This document shows, piece by piece, positions 1-5,206 of a stretch of DNA of 6,037 nucleotides. Made by a program: the position numbers and the translations under genes. This DNA comes from a virus. The stretch lies in the IMG/VR virus record IMGVR_UViG_3300020030_000036, positions 1 to 6,037 of that record; one strand, written 5' to 3'. How positions within the stretch are numbered: position 1 is the stretch's first letter; each line of letters begins with the position of its first letter. The notes beneath the pieces are model-generated. The model saw nothing but the letters and a program-made list of their open reading frames with translations. It was not told the origin of the DNA and did not search any database.

Positions 1-121
1 ACTTCGTCGTGGTCTTACTTTGATTTTGAGAAGCGTATCAGTTATAACTACTCGATTCCTCGATACTACCTTAGATATCTTAAACCGGAAGATGACGTTG
101 TTCGCTCGATTACCGCTGCTG
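1..121. repeat. Terminal redundancy: exact copy of 5917..6037, the circularisation overlap of a 5,916-nt circular genome
   Basis: Base-by-base comparison shows 1-121 (acttcgtcgtggtcttac...attaccgctgctg) identical to 5917-6037. The Rep reading frame runs through it without interruption. Confidence 0.95.
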
Positions 122-360
122 ATGCTTATGCACATTTTAGCAAGTCTCCTTTGGTTAAGCGTATTGTGTCTCTGTGTGTTGAGCGGTTCGGCCTCAATTC
201 CTCCGTATCCCGTAGAGAGACGTATACGTGGGAGCAAAAGCAAATGATGCGTTTTTCCGCTTCCTCTCGTAAGATGCCCGATTTTGACCCCCCTACTTGG
301 CTAGATTTGGATATCCTTCAGTTTTGGAGAGACCATTATAAACTTCAACTAATTACTTAA
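1..360 (+). CDS. Replication initiation protein (Microviridae VP4 / protein A-like), C-terminal portion. It continues from 5206..5916 across the circular junction, with stop TAA at 358-360.
   Basis: Frame 1 is open from base 1 (TSSWSYFDFEKRISYNYSIPRYYLRYLKPEDD...QFWRDHYKLQLIT*). The first 121 nt duplicate the window end, where the same frame carries the Rep N-terminal and catalytic motifs. The listed ORF 151..360 is only the tail of this frame. Confidence 0.9.
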   Translation, partial: TSSWSYFDFEKRISYNYSIPRYYLRYLKPEDDVVRSITAADAYAHFSKSPLVKRIVSLCVERFGLNSSVSRRETYTWEQKQMMRFSASSRKMPDFDPPTWLDLDILQFWRDHYKLQLIT

Positions 361-363
361 TTT

Positions 364-2163
364 ATGGGAAGACAACCTTTTATTTCTCACGTTGTTAACG
401 GCTACTCTCGGTATGATGTTCCCGAGAGTAAGGCCTTTACGTGCACACCGGGTATTTTGTATCCTGTGCGCATCGATTTCATTAATGCTCGAGACCGTGT
501 GTCTATCGAGCAGGGCATTGACGTCCGCAGTAATCCTCTTGCTGTTCCGACGTTTAACCCCTACACTATTCGTTTGCATCGTTTTTGGGTGCCACTTCAG
601 TTGTACCACCCCGAGATGAGGACTAATGGCAGTAAGTTCGACATGAACGATTTAAGTTTGAATTGGATTACCGCTCTTGTTGGTACTTCCGGTACGACGA
701 CCCCTAATTCCGCCCTTGGAACTTCGCGAGCCTACCCCAATTCGCTTATGTCTTGGCTCCGCGTTTCTAATAAGACATCGCTGCAACTTTCTGACCAGCC
801 TCCTTATACCGCCAGTCTTCCTTCCGGTGCTTCGGTTAATCAGTGGGCTAATGCTGATACGTATCTTGCCTATTGGGATATTGTTCGAAATTACTATGGT
901 TACTCGCAGTGGGGGTTATATTCGATTGCGTGGCCCGCTTCCTGGTCGCTCATGCAAGACTCTTACTCTTTTGCTGACGGTGCTACGTTTTTTAAGCAAG
1001 AGTTTGCCAACTTAGAGTTTCTCGACGCTTATTTTGAGAGTCAGTTCTACCCGTCGGCTGTTTCGAGTACGAATAACACTTTTAATAGAGGCAACCTGTT
1101 TTTCCAGATAGTCAACTCCCAGCTACCTTCGGGCGGTGATCAAGATGGCTATCCCGTTTCTACTACGCTTCCTAGTGGCTCTAGAATCATCGTCGACAAT
1201 GGTCCTTCTGGCCAGTTCTCCACCTCTGTAGACAAGACCCCTGTCTCTGGTATTTCAATCTTCTTGTTTGCGCATCCGATGGCTGTTATACCTTCGAATC
1301 CTGATCGTTTTAGTCGCCTTGTTCCCATAGGCTCTTCTTCTGCTGTTTCTATGTCTGGCGTAAGCACTATCCCGCAGTTGGCTATTGCTTCTCGTCTTCA
1401 GGAATACAAGGACTTGCTCGGCGCTGGTGGTACTCGTTATAGTGATTGGCTGGAGACGTTTTTTGCCTCTAAAATTGAGCACGTCGATAGACCTAAACTC
1501 CTCTTTAGCGCGTCGCAGACCGTTAATGTGCAGATTGTTATGAACCAGGCTGGACAAAACAATTTCGCTAATCAGGGCGCAAATGGCCCCTTGGGACAGC
1601 AGGGTGGCGCTATTGCTTTCAACGATAGGTTAGGCCGTCGACAGTCTTACTATTTCCGCGAGCCCGGCTATTTGATTGACATGTTGAGCATTCGCCCTGT
1701 TTATTTTTGGAGTGGCGTCACCCCCGATTATTTAAACTATCAAGGCTCTGATTATTTTAACCCTATTTATAACGATATTGGCTATCAGGATGTCCCCGCT
1801 GCGCGGCTTTTTAGTAACGCTGCAGGTTCGGACCTTGATCTCGCGGTTGCCTACGAGCCTTGTTTTAACGAGTTCCGTTCATCCTATGATGAGGTATTAG
1901 GCTCGTTGTCCTCGTATCCCGCTCCCACGTTAGGCGCGTCTAAGAGGCTTTACTCGTATTGGGTGCAGCAACGTTCTCTTGGTTTTTCGTATGTAGGCTC
2001 CGCTGCCGCTAATTATTACCCTGCACTCTTTGTGGATGTGGCGCAAGTTAATTCGCCCTTTGCTTCCAATTCAGAGGATAACTTCTTTATAAATATGTCT
2101 TATTCGGTTCAGAAGAAGAACCTGATTAATAAAACATTCGCAACTCGTTTGTCTAATCGCTAA
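364..2163 (+). CDS. Major capsid protein (Microviridae VP1 / F-like), 599 aa
   Basis: This is the longest ORF. Its N-terminal region (SRYDVPESKAFTCTPGILYPVRIDFINARDRVSIEQGIDVRSNPLAVPTFNPYTIRLHRFWVPLQLY) follows the conserved microvirus capsid pattern: short N-terminal segment, G-x-L-x-P, a basic/acidic turn, then hydrophobic FxVPxxLxW-like strand. Size and position immediately after Rep are typical. The ATG lies 3 nt after the Rep stop. Confidence 0.93.
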   Translation: MGRQPFISHVVNGYSRYDVPESKAFTCTPGILYPVRIDFINARDRVSIEQGIDVRSNPLAVPTFNPYTIRLHRFWVPLQLYHPEMRTNGSKFDMNDLSLNWITALVGTSGTTTPNSALGTSRAYPNSLMSWLRVSNKTSLQLSDQPPYTASLPSGASVNQWANADTYLAYWDIVRNYYGYSQWGLYSIAWPASWSLMQDSYSFADGATFFKQEFANLEFLDAYFESQFYPSAVSSTNNTFNRGNLFFQIVNSQLPSGGDQDGYPVSTTLPSGSRIIVDNGPSGQFSTSVDKTPVSGISIFLFAHPMAVIPSNPDRFSRLVPIGSSSAVSMSGVSTIPQLAIASRLQEYKDLLGAGGTRYSDWLETFFASKIEHVDRPKLLFSASQTVNVQIVMNQAGQNNFANQGANGPLGQQGGAIAFNDRLGRRQSYYFREPGYLIDMLSIRPVYFWSGVTPDYLNYQGSDYFNPIYNDIGYQDVPAARLFSNAAGSDLDLAVAYEPCFNEFRSSYDEVLGSLSSYPAPTLGASKRLYSYWVQQRSLGFSYVGSAAANYYPALFVDVAQVNSPFASNSEDNFFINMSYSVQKKNLINKTFATRLSNR

Positions 2164-2175
2164 TACATTAATTTT

Positions 2176-2472
2176 ATGGCACTTGATTGGCTTCTTGAAG
2201 ATGCTCCCGCCTATGTCTCTCGCGGTCAGCGTATTCTTTCCGTTCTTGATGGCTCTGGCTCCGTTGATGTTTTGCCTGGTCGACCCGATGTGGTGGTAGA
2301 ACCTTCTGATTTTGATAAGGGTGAAAAGTTTAACCCTGAGATTGATTTTGACCCTAATTCGTTCTCTCGTATGGATAAGTTTGATGGTCTCGAAGTTGGC
2401 CAGGAACTTATTGATTCAGAATTAGATAGGTCGAAATCTGCTTCGAAACCTACTACCTCTGAAGAAAAATAG
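2176..2472 (+). CDS. Small acidic hypothetical protein (98 aa); possible scaffolding-type protein
   Basis: Clean ATG ORF 12 nt after the VP1 stop, on the same strand and not overlapping neighbours. It is strongly D/E-rich (EPSDFDKGEKFNPEIDFDPNSF...ELIDSELD). No motif was recognised, so the function is inferred only from position and charge. Confidence 0.6.
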   Translation: MALDWLLEDAPAYVSRGQRILSVLDGSGSVDVLPGRPDVVVEPSDFDKGEKFNPEIDFDPNSFSRMDKFDGLEVGQELIDSELDRSKSASKPTTSEEK

Positions 2473-2494
2473 TATGTCCTTTACTTGACGATAT

Positions 2495-2797
2495 ATGTTA
2501 CGTGCGCGGACCCCTTCGGAAAGAGTCCGTGAATTTCTGAAGGTTATTGGTAACGACTGCCGGAGAGGCCGCGCATTTTTCTATCGTTCTTTAAATTTCA
2601 TTCCTATGCCTGATACTAAACAACCCTTCTATAAATCGAAGTCTTTTTGGACGCTTGTTTCGTCTATTATTGCCGCGTTGGCTGCTTTTTTTCTTGCTTC
2701 GTGTTCTGCTCAAGCTAGAATGCAGCGCAGCGGTGTTCATATCGATACCGTGCGTGTCGATTATATCATTCGTTCTAACAATTTAACTCGCATATAA
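2495..2797 (+). CDS. Small membrane protein / putative lipoprotein. The start is ambiguous: ATG 2495 gives 100 aa, internal ATG 2606 gives a 63-aa lipoprotein precursor.
   Basis: From Met38 (ATG 2606) the sequence is MPDTKQPFYKSKSFWTLVSSIIAALAAFFLASC|SAQ.... This has a Lys-containing n-region, an approximately 18-residue hydrophobic core, then the lipobox L-A-S-C (Cys codon 2702-2704), leaving a 31-aa mature peptide. The stop (2795-2797) is 1 nt before the VP2 ATG. The upstream 37 codons are Arg-rich and contain a small hairpin (2505-2531), so they may or may not be translated. Confidence 0.6.
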   Translation: MLRARTPSERVREFLKVIGNDCRRGRAFFYRSLNFIPMPDTKQPFYKSKSFWTLVSSIIAALAAFFLASCSAQARMQRSGVHIDTVRVDYIIRSNNLTRI

Positions 2798-2798
2798 T

Positions 2799-4061
2799 AT
2801 GGCCATACCTGTTGCTGCTGCCGGTGCTGCTACCTCTTTTGGTCGCGCCCTTGGTGAGTCTGCCGCTTCTACCGGCACTAATGGTTTAATAAACGGCTTT
2901 TTAGGCCAACTTTTTGGTGGCATGAACGCCCGTCGCCAATGGCGATATCAACAAAAGCAGATGAAACTTCAGCAGCAGTACGCTCTTGAGCAAATGCAGA
3001 AGCAATCAGAACTTTCTTACGCTAACTGGCAAAAACAATTTGATTACGAAAACGCATATAATGACCCATCGAAGGTTTTCGACCGCTATTTGAAGGCTGG
3101 TGTAACGCCTGCCGCTGTTTTAGGCTCTTCCGGTGTTGGAGTAAACGCTACTATGTCTGGCGGCTCCGCCTCTATGCCCTCCGCCTCAGGTCCTTCTGGT
3201 GGCGCTCCCGTTAGCCCTAGTGTCTTCGCCCCTGGTGATCCTACTGCTATCGCGCAGAACATGTTGGCTCGTTCTTCGGTCGATCGCAATGACGCTGCCG
3301 CTAATCGTGATAATGCTGAAGCCGAGCTTATGAGAGGCAACACTCATAGTGCAGACTGGCGAAAGGAGATGGATGAGTTGGAGAAGAAGTCTTTAGAACA
3401 TCAGATTAACAACGTTTCCGAATTAATTCGTCTTAATCGTGCTTTAGCCGATATCCATGCTGCTGATGCTGAGTACGCTGATCTTATGTCTACATACAAG
3501 TTTCAAGATTTTGTTGCTATGTACGCGAAACATGTTGAGGAAGCAAATCAGCTTAAGAAGTACAACGATAAATACTTCGATGCTGTTTATGCTGCTCAAA
3601 TCGCTCGGGATTTTGCTGCTGCTTACGAGTCCGCCGCCTCTGGCGATGTCTTGAATGTTGAATCAGAAATACGTAAGGTTAACTTGGCCGACCTTCGCGA
3701 GTGGTTTAATCTCAATTGGGACGCCGTTATTGATGTTCCAGAAGTTAATGAAAAAGGCAAGCCTACCGGCAAGACGGTGAAGATGACAGGCCGTGAGATT
3801 CATGAGAAACTTATGGGACTCGCTGCTTCGGAAGGTGAACAAAATCTCTCAGGTCGCTGGTTTCAAAATCGATCCAGCAAGAATGCTTTTGGTTATAGCA
3901 TGGCGAGAACCGCCCTGGTTGGTGCCATGGCTATCGCCGGCACGGCCGCGACGAAGCGTCCTGTTCCTGTCGGTTATGATGAAAATGTGGAAAGATACGA
4001 TAAATATGGTGAATTTGTTGGAGGTACGAGGGTTACCCGTCGCGATTTGACGAAGAAATGA
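2799..4061 (+). CDS. Minor capsid / DNA pilot protein (Microviridae VP2 / H-like), 420 aa
   Basis: It has a Gly/Ala-rich hydrophobic N-terminus, then a Gln-rich helical segment. The conserved VP2-type motif follows: NWQKQFDYENAYNDPSKVFDRYLKAGVTPAAVLG (compare the N-x-Y-N-S-P...AGLNP pattern of microvirus VP2). Next come a Ser/Gly/Pro low-complexity linker and a long helical C-terminal half. Size and position after VP1 are typical. Confidence 0.85.
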   Translation: MAIPVAAAGAATSFGRALGESAASTGTNGLINGFLGQLFGGMNARRQWRYQQKQMKLQQQYALEQMQKQSELSYANWQKQFDYENAYNDPSKVFDRYLKAGVTPAAVLGSSGVGVNATMSGGSASMPSASGPSGGAPVSPSVFAPGDPTAIAQNMLARSSVDRNDAAANRDNAEAELMRGNTHSADWRKEMDELEKKSLEHQINNVSELIRLNRALADIHAADAEYADLMSTYKFQDFVAMYAKHVEEANQLKKYNDKYFDAVYAAQIARDFAAAYESAASGDVLNVESEIRKVNLADLREWFNLNWDAVIDVPEVNEKGKPTGKTVKMTGREIHEKLMGLAASEGEQNLSGRWFQNRSSKNAFGYSMARTALVGAMAIAGTAATKRPVPVGYDENVERYDKYGEFVGGTRVTRRDLTKK

Positions 4062-4084
4062 ACAGTTCTTCCAACCTTTTGAGC

Positions 4085-4115
4085 TTTGTTGCACGTTCTT
4101 TTTACCGTATATTTG
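4085..4115 (+). promoter_or_regulatory. Candidate Bacteroidota sigma-AB-type promoter (-33 TTTG / -7 TAnnTTTG) driving the accessory ORFs
   Basis: TTTG at 4085-4088, a 19-nt spacer, then TATATTTG at 4108-4115. It lies in the 80-nt VP2-ORF4142 intergenic gap, 26 nt upstream of the ATG at 4142. This matches the published Bacteroides consensus TTTG-N19-21-TAnnTTTG. Confidence 0.5.
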
Positions 4116-4141
4116 TATCGTAAACCAATAACCATACTACC

Positions 4142-4453
4142 ATGAAAGCAAATGAAAAATCTAGATTCGTAGACCTCTCTGTTGATGTTATCGAGTACAT
4201 GTTCACTGAGTGGCTTGTTCGTCAAGGTATCTTTTCTAAATTTAAAGCGAACTATGAGGGTTTTAGTACAAATCATCGATCCTTTCGCGCCAATTTACGT
4301 GATCGGCTTCGCTTTTTGTGTCACACCTCCGGCCCTGGCAGCCTTATTTCTACGGCTTTTCCGTTCGCTCTGACGCGAGAAGGTTATGAATTTTGGGTAG
4401 ACAAATCGAATCGTTGGTGTCAATTTTGTATAGATTTTAAATCGACTTTTTAA
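4142..4453 (+). CDS. Hypothetical protein, 103 aa (accessory ORF 1)
   Basis: ATG ORF following the candidate promoter, with no overlap with neighbours. The C-terminal half is aromatic-rich (AFPFALTREGYEFWVDKSNRWCQFC) and has C60-H61 plus a C93-x-x-C96 pair. No family was confidently recognised. Confidence 0.6.
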   Translation: MKANEKSRFVDLSVDVIEYMFTEWLVRQGIFSKFKANYEGFSTNHRSFRANLRDRLRFLCHTSGPGSLISTAFPFALTREGYEFWVDKSNRWCQFCIDFKSTF

Positions 4454-4464
4454 ATTATATTATT

Positions 4465-4788
4465 ATGTCTCAAGTTCACATTGTTATTCGCCGGATTAAT
4501 CCGGCCTTGAAAATTGATCTCGCCCAGGTAGGTCGCCTCGAAGAAGACCGATTTGAATCGATTCCCTTGGAGGTTCTTGCAAATTCCGCTATTTCGAGTA
4601 TCTTGAAACGTTCTGAAATTAGCGATTCGCTTTATGTTGATCATTCAAGTATACCTAAACTTATTGCTATCTGTGAAGGTTTCCCTGATTTTCGTGTCGA
4701 ATTTTTTGACAATACACTTGTCCTTATGTTTTACCGTGATCTAGATCGTAATGAAAGCGCGACGAAAGAAGAAGGGGAAGGGCACTAA
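4465..4788 (+). CDS. Hypothetical protein, 107 aa (accessory ORF 2)
   Basis: ATG ORF 11 nt after the previous stop, on the same strand and followed by a strong hairpin. It has an acidic C-terminal tail (ESATKEEGEGH). No motif was recognised. Confidence 0.55.
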   Translation: MSQVHIVIRRINPALKIDLAQVGRLEEDRFESIPLEVLANSAISSILKRSEISDSLYVDHSSIPKLIAICEGFPDFRVEFFDNTLVLMFYRDLDRNESATKEEGEGH

Positions 4789-4833
4789 AGTAGTGACCCG
4801 CCCGCTTGGTGGAAGAGTCCTCTGATGCGGTAG

Positions 4834-4867
4834 ACCTGCAGGAGGCTCTTCTCCTGCAGGTTTTCTC
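4834..4867 (+). terminator. Perfect hairpin (11-bp stem, 6-nt loop) followed by a T-run; candidate intrinsic terminator and/or ssDNA structural element
   Basis: ACCTGCAGGAG (4834-4844), loop GCTCTT (4845-4850), CTCCTGCAGGT (4851-4861), then TTTCTC. It lies 46 nt after the stop of ORF 4465..4788. Confidence 0.6.
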
Positions 4868-5005
4868 ATTGACATATACTCTTCGAGCCGTTAAGAGCGC
4901 GGCGAGTAAGTGTTTCCGGAGCCGATAATATCGCGGACGCGAGATTGAGGCCCGAAACAGCACAGCCCGCTTAGGCTCGTGTTGTGTAACGTAATTTTTT
5001 TAGTT

Positions 5006-5206
5006 ATGGATTTTTTCGATTTCAGACCTCGTTTTTCCCCCGTGATTGACGGCATTCCCTACTGTTTTTCTGTTGCGGCATACCGTGGTAAGAAGCGCGT
5101 TGTTATCGCCTGGTTCTCCGACGAAGAGCCGGCGAAGGATTACCTTGTTCGCTGTCGTCGTGATTATCCTGCTGTCAAGTTTGACTGTCTTAGAAGTATT
5201 TTGTAA
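5006..5206 (+). CDS. Hypothetical small protein, 66 aa, translationally coupled to Rep (accessory ORF 3; possible VP5 / protein C-like)
   Basis: The ORF track begins at GTG 4979, but the first ATG is at 5006 (MDFFDFRPRF...). The stop TAA (5204-5206) overlaps the Rep ATG (5206-5208) as TAATG. No motif was recognised. Confidence 0.5.
   Translation: MDFFDFRPRFSPVIDGIPYCFSVAAYRGKKRVVIAWFSDEEPAKDYLVRCRRDYPAVKFDCLRSIL

Noticed and set aside
1-121. The 121-nt end repeats as LTR, IS or att-type direct repeats
   Set aside because: The repeat lies inside the Rep coding sequence and joins the two Rep halves in frame. There is no flanking non-phage sequence and no integrase or transposase gene. It is the signature of a circular contig reported with overlap.
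302-309. TAGATTTG (a match to the Bacteroides -7 element TAnnTTTG) 55 nt upstream of VP1
   Set aside because: The nearest upstream TTTG (283-286) gives a 15-nt spacer, outside the 19-21 nt consensus, and the site is inside Rep coding sequence. Similar 8-mers also occur by chance at 1702-1709 and 2376-2383 within genes. It remains a possible VP1 promoter but is not supportable from sequence alone.
151-360. ORF 151..360 listed as an independent 69-aa gene
   Set aside because: It is merely the C-terminal tail of the Rep frame, which is open from base 1 and continuous with 5206..5916. Its start codon at 151 is TTG (Leu in the Rep reading), which the ORF finder treated as an alternative start.
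392-1015. Plus-strand nested ORFs inside VP1 (392..619 with TTG start, 677..1015)
   Set aside because: They are off-frame ORFs inside the capsid gene. Their Leu/Pro/Phe-rich composition is explained by the T-rich third codon position of VP1, one starts at a non-ATG codon, and there are no independent expression signals.
2686-2692. T7 homopolymer inside the lipoprotein signal-peptide codons (and another T7 at 4996-5002) as slippage or phase-variation tracts
   Set aside because: The first simply encodes Phe-Phe-Leu in a hydrophobic core, and the second is intergenic. A single sequence gives no evidence of length variation.
3793-4373. Plus-strand nested ORFs 3793..4050 (inside VP2) and 4182..4373 (inside ORF 4142..4453)
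   Set aside because: They are fully contained in longer ORFs of better coding appearance, with no motifs. They are most likely frame-shadow ORFs.
4440-4470. AT-rich stretch (tttttaaattatattattatg) and palindrome CGATAATATCG (4923-4933) as a possible XerC/D dif-like integration site
   Set aside because: Some Bacteroidota microviruses are proposed to integrate via host Xer recombinases. However, neither stretch shows the two 11-bp arms with a 6-8 bp central spacer of a dif site. I cannot align them convincingly to any dif consensus by eye.
4869-4880. TTGACA immediately followed by TATACT (E. coli sigma-70-like hexamers)
   Set aside because: The two hexamers are directly adjacent with no roughly 17-nt spacer, so they cannot act together as a -35/-10 promoter.
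4789-5005. tRNA or CRISPR repeat in the structured intergenic region
   Set aside because: There is no cloverleaf arrangement, no T-loop GTTCRANYC-like box and no repeat-spacer periodicity. The only repeats are one 8-mer pair and a single hairpin.
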